This document shows, piece by piece, positions 34,470-45,232 of a DNA stretch of 64,000 nucleotides. Every line of letters starts with the position of its first letter. The first letter of the stretch is position 1. The notes beneath the pieces were generated by a model, which saw nothing but the letters and a program-made list of their open reading frames with translations, was not told where the DNA came from and made no database searches. This DNA is from an uncultured delta proteobacterium (GTDB lineage Bacteria; Myxococcota; Myxococcia; Myxococcales; Anaeromyxobacteraceae). The position numbers were made by a program, and so were the translations under genes. The stretch is from assembly GCA_963766715.1 (NCBI GenBank), contig CAVYBH010000012.1, positions 480,001-544,000 on the forward strand. The letters run 5' to 3'.

Positions 34470-34565
34470 CGGCGGGACAGGGGAATCGAACCCCCCAGGA
34501 GCGCCTCTCAGCACCCCTCACCGGTTTTGAAGACCGGGCCCGGCACCAGCCTGGGACGTCCCGCC
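34470..34565 (-). tRNA. selC: tRNA-Sec (UCA)
   Basis: 8-bp acceptor GGCGGGAC/GTCCCGCC, G discriminator, CCGGT-CTTCAAA-ACCGG anticodon arm, 9-bp variable arm with GAGA loop, 5-bp T stem with TTCGATT; CCA not encoded. Confidence 0.95.
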
Positions 34566-34572
34566 GCCGACC

Positions 34573-34601
34573 GGTGTAGCCGCGCGGCTTCGCCGGGTCA
34601 A
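34573..34601 (-). promoter_or_regulatory. Putative sigma70 promoter of selC
   Basis: TTGACC-17 nt-TACACC on the minus strand, 7 nt before the tRNA. Confidence 0.55.
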
Positions 34602-34606
34602 GCGCG

Positions 34607-36190
34607 CTACCGGGGCGCCTTCGACGGGCGGTCCGCGGCGGCCGGTGCGGCGTGGTCCTCGCCGTACGGCGTCAGGCGGAGCGCCGAGACCTCGTGGGGC
34701 ATGGCCCGGCGAAGGACCCGGTAGTACTGCATGGGGGAGTAGAAGACGAAGTTGGAGGCCCGGCTGGTGTAGATGCAGGCGTAGTCCTCGATTTGCTCGC
34801 CGATGCGGGAGTTCTCGCTGCCTTCCTTGAAGGTGAGCCCCCAGTAGCGGTTGTACCCGGTCTCCACCTGCTGCTGCAGCTCGGCGATCCGGGCGTTGGC
34901 GTCCCGCAGCGCGAGCCGCAGCGCCTCGAGCTCCCGCTTCATCCGGGTGCGCTCCTCCTCCAGGGTCGCCGCCGCGGGATCCTGCGAGGGAAGCCGGTCC
35001 AGGCGCCGCTCGATGGCGTTCAGGGCGGCGCGGTGGGCCGCGGCCTCGTCGTCCACCCGCAGTCTCAGGTCCTCGAGGGCGCCGACCTCCTCGAGCGCGC
35101 CCCGGTTCCGATCGAGCCAGTCGATCTCCCGCTCCAGCTCCTCGATGACGAGGCAGGTCCGCCACTGCGAGCTCTTCTTGGACCGCAGGATGTCGCCGTA
35201 GATGTGGTCGCCGACGTAGAGGACGCGGTCGCCGCCCGCGCCCAGCAGGCGCTCCAGGTCGCCGCGGTTCCCCCCCGCGTAGGTGCGTCCGCGCTCGAAG
35301 GCGTGGACCTCGCCGGGGAGGGGAGCGCCGGCGGCGTCGAGCTCGACGAACGGGCTCGTGCTCGAGAAGAACCCCGGCTTGCCCGACGCCGTGACGACCG
35401 CGTCGAAGTAGTTCCGCCAGATCGGGTACTCGGGCAGCACGCCGTCGAGGAGGTGGTGCATCACCGCCTCGGTGTAGTCCAGGTGCGAGTTGGTGAGCAG
35501 GAAGAGCTTCTTCCCGGTGGAACGGAGCTTGTGGAGCGCCGGCCCGAGCTCGGCGTCGCGGACGATGAAGTGGGCCAGGTCGGCCTTCACGCGGGTCTTC
35601 AGGGAGCCATCGGCGTGGATCCGGTCCATCGACTCCCGGACGTCGGTGAAGAGCCGCTCGTAGTCGAGGCGATGCTCCGGGGTCTCCTCGAGCTGGATCA
35701 CCTGGGCGAAGAGGGCCGCCTCGGGCAGCGAGAAGAGGGTGTCGATCCAGGCGAACCGGGGGGAGGAGAGGCCGACCCGCTCGTCCCGGTAGGTCCTGTA
35801 GCGCTCCTCGCGAGGGACCGGCACGAGGCCGTGATAGGCCCGGCCGACGTGGTTGTGGCGGTCCATCTTGAAGATGTTGCCGGTGAGCTTGTCGATCACC
35901 AGCCCGCGGATGACGAAATCGGCGTCGTAGCGGAGCTGGCGCAGGCGGTCCGGCCAGCCGCGGTCCGCGATCAGCCGCTCGACCGTCATGTCGAACTCGA
36001 GCTGCTCGAGGTGGAGCAGCTGGTAGATGGCCAGGGTGTAGTCCATGTCGAAGCCGACCACCTCGATCTTGTCCATCCGGAGGTTCCGGTTGACGAAGAT
36101 CTGGCGGGGCGTCGGGACGTCGCGGCCGCCGGCACGGGGTCCGGCGAGGATGGACTGCACGACGGGGTCGAGGTAGGCGGCGTCGGCCAT
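34607..36190 (-). CDS. HAD-IG family 5'-nucleotidase
   Basis: IFVNRNL, GFDMDYTLA, LFLLTNS, KPGFF, YVGDHIYGDI, YACIYTSR. Confidence 0.95.
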   Translation of the reverse strand: MADAAYLDPVVQSILAGPRAGGRDVPTPRQIFVNRNLRMDKIEVVGFDMDYTLAIYQLLHLEQLEFDMTVERLIADRGWPDRLRQLRYDADFVIRGLVIDKLTGNIFKMDRHNHVGRAYHGLVPVPREERYRTYRDERVGLSSPRFAWIDTLFSLPEAALFAQVIQLEETPEHRLDYERLFTDVRESMDRIHADGSLKTRVKADLAHFIVRDAELGPALHKLRSTGKKLFLLTNSHLDYTEAVMHHLLDGVLPEYPIWRNYFDAVVTASGKPGFFSSTSPFVELDAAGAPLPGEVHAFERGRTYAGGNRGDLERLLGAGGDRVLYVGDHIYGDILRSKKSSQWRTCLVIEELEREIDWLDRNRGALEEVGALEDLRLRVDDEAAAHRAALNAIERRLDRLPSQDPAAATLEEERTRMKRELEALRLALRDANARIAELQQQVETGYNRYWGLTFKEGSENSRIGEQIEDYACIYTSRASNFVFYSPMQYYRVLRRAMPHEVSALRLTPYGEDHAAPAAADRPSKAPR

Positions 36191-36269
36191 GCCCCCGCGG
36201 AGATAGCACGCCCCGCCGCGCCGGGCGATGGAACCTTGCGTGGGCAGCGGGCTGTGGCAGGCTCGACGG

Positions 36270-36524
36270 GTGGCTCCCCCTCCTACCCGACCCCCGCGCG
36301 CCCCGGTCCGGCGACGGCCGGCCCGTCCCTCGGTCGGCGAGATCGTGGAGCGCCTGGTCGCCCTCGAGGAGCGTCTCGCACGGGTCGAGGAGGGGCGCCC
36401 GCCTCCGGGTGACGGTCGCACCACCCCGGGGCCGCTGCGAAAGGCGCCGCCGCGCTGCCTGGGCTGTGGCCTGCCCCTGAAACGCAAGGCCGGCCGTTGC
36501 CGGTGGTGCGGGCGGCCCCTCTGA
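36270..36524 (+). CDS. Small coiled-coil plus zinc-ribbon protein
   Basis: IVERLVALEERLARVE; CLGC..CRWC. Confidence 0.55.
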   Translation: MAPPPTRPPRAPVRRRPARPSVGEIVERLVALEERLARVEEGRPPPGDGRTTPGPLRKAPPRCLGCGLPLKRKAGRCRWCGRPL

Positions 36525-36550
36525 GCGTTATCCATCCCGGGAGGCGCCTC

Positions 36551-37835
36551 GTGCCCCCCGACCCCCGTCCGCCCCCCATCGACCTCTCCGCCGTCGTCGC
36601 CCACACCCTCCCGAATGGACTCTCGGTTCGGGTCCTTCCGGACCGGCTCGTCCCGGTGGTGAGCTACTACACCTTCTTCCGGGTGGGCTCCCGCAACGAG
36701 CGGCCCGGGATCACCGGGATCAGCCACCTCTTCGAGCACATGATGTTCAACGGCTCGGAGCGGTTCGGGCCGAAGGAGTTCGACCGGGTGCTCGAGTCGC
36801 ACGGCGGAGCCTCGAACGCCTACACCTCGAACGACCTCACCGCCTATCACGACGATTTCGCGAGCGATGCGCTCCCGGTGGTGATCGACCTGGAGTCCGA
36901 CCGGATGCGGGCGCTCCGGATCTCGGAGGAAGGGCTCACCCAGGAGCGGTCGGTGGTGATGGAGGAGCGGCGGCTCCGGACCGACAACTCCCACTTCGGC
37001 CTGCTCGAGGAGCAACTGGAGTCGCTGGTCTTCCAGGCCCATCCGTATCGATGGCCGGTCATCGGCTGGATGGACGACATCGCGCGGATCAGCCGGGCCG
37101 ATTGCCTGGAGTTCTTCCGGACCTATTACGCGCCCGGCAACGCATCCATCTACGTGTGCGGCGACGTCGACCCGGACGACCTGCTCCGGCGAATCGAGGC
37201 GGCCTACGGCGGCATCCCGGCCGGGCCGCCCGTGCCTCCGCCGATCTCGGGCGAGCCGGTGCAGCGAGGGGAGCGTCGCGCCGCCGTCCGGCACCCCGCT
37301 CACGCGACGGCCATGCTGGCGGGCTTCCGGGGCCCCGCGGCGGCGGCTCCCGACTCGGCGGTGCTCGACCTCCTCCAGACCTGCCTCGCCACGGGAGAGG
37401 GATCCCGCCTGCGGCGCCGGCTCGTCCAGGAGCTCGAGGTGGCGGTCTCCGTCGGGGTGGGCTGGACCTGGCGGGCCGACCCCGGGGTCTTCCTCTTCTC
37501 GATGGAGCTGGCGCCGGGCGCGTCGCCGCGCAAGGCCGAGGACGCCCTGTGGGGCGAGGTGGAGCGCGTCGCCTCGCGGGGGGTCGGCGAGCGGGAGATG
37601 TCCCGCGCGCGCGCCCTGCTCCGGAGCAGCGTTCTCCACGAGTTCTCCACCCGCAACGGGGTGGCCCATGCGCTCGGGCAGGCCGAGGCCCTCCTCGGCG
37701 ACTGGCGCGAGGCCGGGCGAGCCCTCGCCCGGTACGAGGCGGTGGGCGCGAGCGACGTGCGCCGTGCCGCCCGGGAATGGCTCGACCCGGCGAAGAGGAA
37801 CGTGGTGTGGCTGGACGCCGGAGACGACGCGATGA
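36551..37835 (+). CDS. M16 (pitrilysin) zinc peptidase, catalytic subunit
   Basis: RVGSRNE..TGISHLFEHMMFNG, NAYTS, EERRLR, HPYRWPVIGW; runs in-frame into the next gene in this assembly. Confidence 0.9.
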
Positions 37836-39152
37836 CGGCGGTGGTCCTCCCCGAGATCCACGAGGCCCGCCTCGCCGGCGGACTTCGCGTCGTCGTGGGG
37901 CGTCGCCCCGGGGTGCCGCTCGCGGCCGCCCGGCTCCTCGTCCGCGCCGGCTCCGCACTCGATCCCGCGGGGAGCTTCGGCCTCGCCCACATGGTGGCCG
38001 CGACCTCCCGGCGTGGCGCCGGACGTCGAGCCGGGACCGCCATCGACGACCTGGTCGAGTCGCTGGGCGCCGACCTGGGCGGAGGCGCGGAGGAGGACGC
38101 GACGGTCCACGGCCTCTCGGCCCCGGTGGAGGTGCTCCCACGGCTCCTGGAGGTCCTGGCCGACGTGGTCACGCGGCCGACCTTCCCGCAGGCCGAGTTC
38201 GAGCGGTTGCGGCGCAGGGAGCAGGCCGAGCTGGCGCACGACGCCGACGAGCCGGGCACCGTCGCCGATCGTGCGCTTCTCGAGGCCGTCTACGCGGGGC
38301 ATCCCTACGGGCACGCCGTCGAGGGACGGGGGCGGGATCTGGCGCGAATGCGAAGGCGGGATGCCGTGGCCTTCCACGAGCGGTGGTTCGGCTCGGAAGG
38401 CGCCCTGCTGGTGGTGACCGGGTCGGTGGATCCCGCGCCAGGCCATCGAGGAGGCGGAGCGGCGACTGGGTCGCTGGCGCCCGGCTGCAGCGCCGCCGCC
38501 GGAATCTCGCGGCCGCCGTCCGGGGCGCCCGGCGGGTCATCGTCGTGGACAAGCCCGACGCGACCCAGGCCCACGTCCGCATCGGGGGGGTGGCCATCCC
38601 GCGGCGAAGTCCCGACTACTTCCCGGCGCTGCTCGCGAACACCGTCCTGGGCGGAGGGTTCACCTCCCGCCTGGTCGAGGCCATCCGGGTGAACCGCGGC
38701 CTCTCCTACGGCGTCCGGTCGCGGTTCGCGGTGGGCCGGGACACCGGGATGTTCGCCATCTCGAGCTTCACGAAGAACGAGAGCGCCGGGGAGCTCGTCG
38801 AGGTCGCCCTGGACGAGATGGCCCGCTTCGCCGACGGCGGCCCGACCGACGAGGAGGTGGCCCGGTCCTCCAGCTACCTCGCCGGGCTCTTCCCGCTCTC
38901 CCTCGAGACGCACGACCAGTGGGCCGACCGGATTGGCGACGCCTGGATGTACGGCTACCCGCTGTCCGAGGTCCCGGAGCATCCGGCCCGGATCCGGCGC
39001 GTCTCGGCGGAGGAGGCGCGCAGCGCGGCGCGCCGTCACCTCCCGCTCGCAGGACGGCGTGCTGCTCGGCGGTGGGGCCTGCGAAGGCGCTCGAGAAGCA
39101 GCTCGGCCGCTTCGGCCCGGTCGAGGTGTGGCCGGTGCGGCGGGCCATGTGA
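37832..39152 (+). CDS. M16 peptidase, non-catalytic partner subunit (frameshifted)
   Basis: Lacks HxxEH; HPYG, VDKPDATQ, NTVLGGGFTSRL..IRVNRGLSYG. Confidence 0.88.
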
Positions 39153-39844
39153 CCCTCGAGGTCCTCCTCGCCGACGAGCAACTCGCCGCGGTGGCGAAGC
39201 CAGCCGGCCGGATCGTCGTGCCCGGGAGGGACAAGGACGAGCCCACCCTCCGGGCGGAGGCGGAGGCGATCCTCGGTCCGCTCTGGGTCGTCCACCGGCT
39301 CGACCGCGGGACGAGCGGCGTCCTCCTCTTCGCGCGGACGGCGGAGGCGCATCGGATCCTCTGCGGCCTCTTCGAGCACCACCGGGTCTCGAAGCGGTAC
39401 CTGGCGCTCGTGCAGGGGAGTCGTCCCGGCGGAGCTTGCGCGTGGACGCGCCCGTCGCTGTCGGACGCAAGGGGCGGATGCGGGCCGGGGAGGGGATTCC
39501 CGGGGCGCGGGCCTCGTCGACCTTCGTCCGCCCGCTCGCTTCCTTTCCTCCTCACGCCTCCCTCGTCGAGGCCTACCCGGCCTCGGGGCGGACGCACCAG
39601 GTGAGGGTGCACCTCGCCCACGCCGGGCACCCGCTCCTCGTCGACCCCGACTACGGGGAGGCGCCGCCCTGGAGGGCGCCGGGCGGGCACCATGGCGCTC
39701 GAGCGGACCCCGCTCCACGCCGCCTCGCTCGAGTTCCTCCACCCGTCCACGGGCGCGGCCATCCGGATCGAGGCGCCGCTTCCCCCCGACATGCAGGAGG
39801 CCATCCTGGCCCTGCGCGCCGTTCAGGAATCGAAGAGCGGCTGA
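39149..39844 (+). CDS. RluA-family pseudouridine synthase (frameshifted)
   Basis: AKPAG, VHRLDRGTSG, SGRTHQVRVHL, LHAASLEF.HP. Confidence 0.9.
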
Positions 39845-41002
39845 CCGCGCTCGAACGTGCGGACCGCGAAGGCGCAGACGAGAAGCGTGGCGGCGACCGT
39901 CGCGCCGGTGGCAGATCCAGGCCTGGACCGGGACGAGCGGCATGCCCCGCACCAACTCGTTCACGATCATCTGCTGGCCGAGGAAGGGAACCGCGTAGAG
40001 CGATGCGGCCGGCCGGGCGGACTGGAAGGCGAGAGCCATTCCCGGCAGCGACGGCACCAGCATGAGGAGGGAGAGGGAGGTCTGGGCGGCCCGGAAGGTC
40101 TTGGCCCTCGCCGCGAAGATCACCATGAGGGAGGCGGCGAGCAGGACGATGGGAAGGCAGAGGAAGAAGGTGCGGAGCAGCATGCCCGGGTCGAGCTGGA
40201 CCGAGAATCCGAGCCGGACCGAGGGCATGGCGAGCGGGACGATGCCGAAGCCGATGAGCGTCTCGGCCAGCGTGGCGGCTCCGAACGCCGCCGACGCGCC
40301 CACCTTGGCGAGGACGAGGGCCGAGCGGGGAATCGGGGCCGCGAAGAGGGGCTCGAGCGACTGTCGCTCTCGCTCGCCTGCGGTCACGTCGATGGCGATG
40401 GGCATGCCACCCGTGAACATGGCCATCACCAGGAAGAACGGGATGGTGGCGAGCAGCATGGCGGCCCGGCTGGCCGGCGTGGAGAGGTCCTCCCGCTCGA
40501 TCGCGAGGGGCTCCACCACGGCCGGGTGGATGCCGCGCACGACGAGGCGCTGGGCGGCGACCTGGCTCGACCAGGCCTGGAGCAGCTTCTCCGCCATGGC
40601 CGTGGCCGGCCGGGACTGGTGCCGGGATTCGTCGAGGATCAGCTTCACGGGAGCGGGCTGACCGGACCGGAGCTTCTCCCCGAAGTCGGGCGGGATGACG
40701 ATCACCACGGGGACGTCGCCGCGACGGACGGCCTCCTCCGGATTGGACGGGGCCTCCACCACCCGGGCGCCCTGCTCGAGCATGGCCACCAGGTTCGGGG
40801 CGTTCGCACGACCCGCCACGGGAATCTCCACGCCCTTCTCCTCGGCCTGCCGGGAGGAGTCGGAGACCAGGAACAGCATGACGATGACGAGAATCGGGCC
40901 GAGCACCGGGAAGAAGAGGGCGGTGATGAGGGCCTTGCGGTCCCGCAGCCCCTCGCGAAGCTCCTTGGAGAGCACGACCCAGAACGAGCGCAGCCAGTTC
41001 AT
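39823..41002 (-). CDS. NatB-like ABC permease
   Basis: KELREGLRDRK, IDVTAGERERQSLEPL, AKTFRAAQ; multi-TM. Confidence 0.85.
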
Positions 41003-41731
41003 GCGAGCCCCTCCTCGGAGCCGATGGCGGCCACGAAGGCGTCCTCGAGACTCTCCCGGCCGGTCTGGCGGCGCAGGTCGTCGGGAGTGCCCTCGGCGAC
41101 GACGGCCCCCCGGGCGATGACCACCACGCGATCGCAGAGGGCGGAGACCTCCTGCATCACGTGGGAGGAGAAGAGGATGCAGCGCCCTTGCTCCCGGAGC
41201 TGCCGGAGCAGCGTCCGGACCTGTCGCGTGGCGGCGACGTCGAGCCCGTTGGTGGGCTCGTCGAGGACCACGTTGCGGGGGTCGTGCACCAGCGCGCGGG
41301 CGAGCGCCACCTTCACGCGCTGTCCCTGGGAGAACCCCTCGGTCCTCCGGTCGGCGATGTCCTCCATGCGCGAGCGCCGCGATGAGCTCGTCGGCGCGGC
41401 GGTTCAGGGCCGGGCCCGAGAGGCCGTGCATCTGGCCGAAGTAGAGGATGTGCTCCCGGGCGGTCAGGCGCGTGTAGAGCCCCTGGGCATGAGGAAAGAC
41501 GCCCAGGCGGCGCTGGGCCTCGAGCCGGGCAGAGGAGAGGTCGATCCCGTCGACGAGGGCATGGCCGGAGTCGGGTCGGAGGACCCCGTACACGACCCGG
41601 AGCGCCGTGGTCTTGCCGGCGCCGTTCGGGCCGAGGAGGCCGGTGACCTGGCCGTCCGGCACCTCGAAGCTCACCCCGGCGAGGGCCTTCACCTCGCCGA
41701 AGGACTTGGCCACGCCGTCGAGCCGGATCAC
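40999..41731 (-). CDS. NatA-like ABC ATP-binding protein (frameshift near 41370)
   Basis: GPNGAGKTT, FSQGQR, LDEPTNGLD, FSSHVMQEV. Confidence 0.9.
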
Positions 41732-43192
41732 GGAGCCCCTCCCTGCATGTCGAGGAAGATGGGGCGGGGCGAAGCCGCTCCACGCAGGAGACGTCGAGAC
41801 CGTCGGCGTTGCCCTGCTTGATGAACGCGGTCACCACCCGGGGGAGGCAGCCGCGGATGAGGACGCCGTGGCCCTGACCGGGAACCGTGATCTGGCGGGA
41901 GGCGGGAAGGGATGTCGCGGCCAGGTCGGCCCAGCGCGGCGGGGTCACCGGATCGGCCTCGCCGGAGAGCAGGAGTGCCGGGACCTCCATCCGGGGCGCC
42001 TGGTGGAACGCCGGGTCGAGCGGGGCTGCGCGGCCACTCCGAGCAGAGGGTCGCGCAAGGATTCCCGCGCTTCGTTGCCGAGGAAGGTGGGCGGGGCGCC
42101 CGGGGCCGGGTCGGCGTAGAGCGGCACGTCCTCGGAGCAGAGGACCGAGAGCTGCAGGGGCCGGGACATCCCCGCCTGGATGTCGGCCACCGCGAGGATG
42201 CCCTGGGCGGCGATGGGCGCCAGGTCGCCCTCCTTCGCCTGCCGGAGCAGGGGCGGAATGAGCGCGGCCGTCTCGGGCTGGTAGAGGAACGCGAGAACCA
42301 CCTGCCGGACCGCGTCGCCGTCCACGGTGAGCTCGACCGGCTCGCCCGTGACCGGGTGGCGGGGCCTGACCTTCTCCGGCTTGCGGTCGAGGCGGGCCAG
42401 GAGCTCGCGGAAATCCTGCTCGAGGCGAGGGTAGCGTTCCCGACAGGCCTGCCTGCGCGGCGCATCGCTGGAAGAGGAGGCCGAGCGCCCGCTCCGAGTC
42501 GCGGTCGAAGTCGGCGCCGACGATCATCTGGAAGGGGGCCACGCCGTCGAGCACGAGCGTGCGAGCCCGGTCCGGGTGGGTCCGCGCGTAGGCGAGGGCG
42601 GCCCGGGTGCCGTAGCTGAAGCCCACCAGGTTCACCTTCGGGTAGCCGAGGGCGGCTCGGACGGCGTCGAGGTCGCGGACGAAGTCGGCCGTGCCGTACT
42701 TCGTCAGGTCGGCCTGGAGGGAGCGAGCGCACTCGCCCGCCTGCCTGCCCGCCTCGGCCGGGACGAGCTCCGCGTCGCGATCCGGACGGCCGATCTTGGG
42801 GCAGGCGAGCAGCCCGGAGCCCCCGGTTCCCCGCTGATCGACGAGGACGATGTCGCGCTCCCGCTGGAGCCGCTCGAAGGCAGGGGCGATCCGCGGATAG
42901 ACCTCGGTGATCGACTGCCCCGGACCGCCGGCCAGGACGAACACGGGGTCGGGCTTCGCCTCGGGGGCGTCGGACGGGATCACCGCGACCCGCAGCCGGA
43001 TCTTCCGGCCGTCTGGCCGGGCCGGGTCCTCCGGGACCTCCAGCGTCCCGCATCGCGCCGCGACCCGGGCCGCGGCGATGGGGTGCGCAAGCTGGCAGCG
43101 GGTGAGGGAAATGCCCGTGCCGGGCGGGGAGGCCAGGGCGGGAGCGGCGCCGGCCAGGAGGACCCCGGCGAGGAGGGCGAGACGACGGTCAT
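41728..43192 (-). CDS. Secreted alpha/beta hydrolase with TAP-like C-terminus (frameshifted)
   Basis: CGTLEVPED, LAGGPG, DQRGTG, GFSYGT, DPVTPP, GHG. Confidence 0.88.
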
Positions 43193-43224
43193 GGCGGCCT
43201 CGGGGAGTCGGCGCGGCGCCATGG

Positions 43225-43614
43225 TCAGCGCTTGCCGTGGATGAGCGTCTTCACGCCGGACCGGAAGGTGACCTCGACCTTTCCCGGGTCCTTCATGCCG
43301 GAGACGAACCCCCGGCCGAACGAGGCGTGGTCGACGACGTCGCCGGTGGAGAAGAGCCCGGTCGAGGCGTACTGCCGGGGTGCGGCGGTGTAGGTCGCGA
43401 GCATCTGCTCGAAGCTCATGGTGGGCCCGCCGCGTGGGGTCCGCGTGGCGGGGCGCTTCACGGCGGTGGACGCGCCCCGGAAACGGTGGACGTTGCGGCA
43501 GGTGTTGCACTCCACCTTCACCGGGACCGCGCCCACCATGGCGATCACCGTATGTGCGAGGAGCAACTGGCACCGCGTGCAGAACGCATCGACCTCACCG
43601 CCGACCTTTGCCAT
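43225..43614 (-). CDS. Zinc-ribbon hypothetical protein
   Basis: CTRC..H..CNTC..H; GDVVDHASFGRGFV..VEVTF. Confidence 0.8.
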   Translation of the reverse strand: MAKVGGEVDAFCTRCQLLLAHTVIAMVGAVPVKVECNTCRNVHRFRGASTAVKRPATRTPRGGPTMSFEQMLATYTAAPRQYASTGLFSTGDVVDHASFGRGFVSGMKDPGKVEVTFRSGVKTLIHGKR

Positions 43615-43715
43615 GTGCCGCCCAGTATAGCCCCACCCGCGACGGGGCGCAGGGCGGCGTTCGATGCTAGGGTGCGCGAATGCGGAGCCAGCTGGCGGAG
43701 ATCGGGGAGTAGGGC

Positions 43716-44466
43716 GTGGGTCGGATCCGGGCGGTCCTCGAGGACTTCGGCGGCCAGGTGCTCTTCGCGGGGGAGACCCTGGCGTGGACGCTTCGCCCGC
43801 CCTTTCGCCCCGAGTTGCTCCTGCACCAGGCCGCCGCCATCGGCGTCGGCTCCACCTTCATCGTCGCCGTCACCGGCCTCTTCGCCGGGATGGTCCTCGC
43901 CCTCCAGGGCAACTACGCGATGCGGCAGTTCGGCGCGGAGGGGTACGTGGGGGGGTTCGTGGCCATCAGCCTGGTGCGCGAGCTCGGCCCGGTCTTCACC
44001 GCGCTCATGGTGACGGGCCGGTCGGGGAGCGCCATCACCACCGAGATCGGGACCATGCGGGTCACCGAGCAGATCGACGCCATGGAGTCGATGGCGGTGA
44101 ACCCGGTGCACTACCTCGTCGTTCCCCGGGTGCTGGCCGCCACGATCATGATGCCGCTGCTGGCGGTGGTCTTCAGCGCCATGGGCTACCTGGGCGGGTA
44201 CCTCATCGGCACCTACGTCTCCTTCATCCCGCCGGGCCCGTTCCTCGACCACACGAAGTCCATGGTGGACGTGAAGGACATGACCCACGGCCTGACCAAG
44301 GCCCTTCTCTTCGGGACGGTGGTCTCCCTCATCGCCACCTACCGCGGCTTCACGGCCAGCGGGGGGCGCACGGGGCGTCGGCGAGGCCACCACGCAGGCC
44401 GTGGTCTGGAGCTCGGTCTCCATCCTGGTGGTCGACTACCTGCTCACCTTCATCTCCATCGGCTGA
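43716..44466 (+). CDS. mlaE: MlaE ABC permease (frameshift near 44370)
   Basis: RELGPVFTALMVTGRSGS, EIGTMRVTEQIDAM, YLVVPRV. Confidence 0.93.
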
Positions 44467-44468
44467 CC

Positions 44469-45216
44469 ATGTCGATGATCCAGCGTGCGCGATCTATGGA
44501 AGGCGTTCGGGGACAAGGAGGTCCTGCGCGGCGTGACCGTCGACATCCCGGAAGGGACCACCTTCGTCGTCCTGGGAGCATCCGGCTCCGGGAAGACGGT
44601 CCTCCTGAAGCACGTCATCGGCCTCCTCAAGCCCGATCGGGGCACCGTCCACGTCGACGGCCTGGAGATCTCGTCCCTCACGGGCCGGGCGCTCACGGAG
44701 GCGCGGCAGGTGTTCGGGATGGTCTTCCAGGGCGCGGCCCTCTTCGACTCGATGACGGTCTTCGAGAACGTCGCCTTCCCGCTGAAGGAGAAGGAGCGCC
44801 GCCTCCCCGCCGACGAGCTGCGCGCCCGGGTCGTGGAGAGCCTCCGGGTGGTCGACCTGGGCGAGGACGTGCTGGAGAGCTGGCCGTCCCAGCTCTCGGG
44901 CGGCATGCGCAAGCGGGTGGCGCTGGCCCGGGCGCTGGTCGCGAACCCCAAGGTGGTGCTGTACGACGAGCCCACCACCGGGCTCGATCCCATCACCACC
45001 GACTCGGTCGACTCGATGATCAACCAGGCCAAGGAACGGCGCCGCGTGACGAGCATGGTGATCTCGCACGACATCGCCAGCGCATTCCGTGTGGCCAATC
45101 GGCTGGCGGTGCTCTACGATGGCCGGATCGCCGCCCAGGGGACGCCGGACGAGGTCCGGCGGAGCGACGACCCTTACGTCCAGCGCTTCCTCTCCCTCTG
45201 GTTCGAGAAGCAGTGA
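44469..45216 (+). CDS. mlaF: MlaF ABC ATPase
   Basis: GASGSGKT, FQGAALFDSMTVFENV, LSGGMRKRV, YDEPTTGLDP. Confidence 0.93.
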
Positions 45217-45232
45217 GACGCGACCGAGACCC

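Noticed and set aside
27950..34470. Intact prophage or ICE at selC
   Set aside because: No integrase or phage genes, and I found no duplicate of the tRNA 3' end by eye
36551..39152. Natural fusion of the two M16 subunits
   Set aside because: An ATGA at the junction (37832-37835) is typical of coupled separate genes; cannot be trusted given the indel rate
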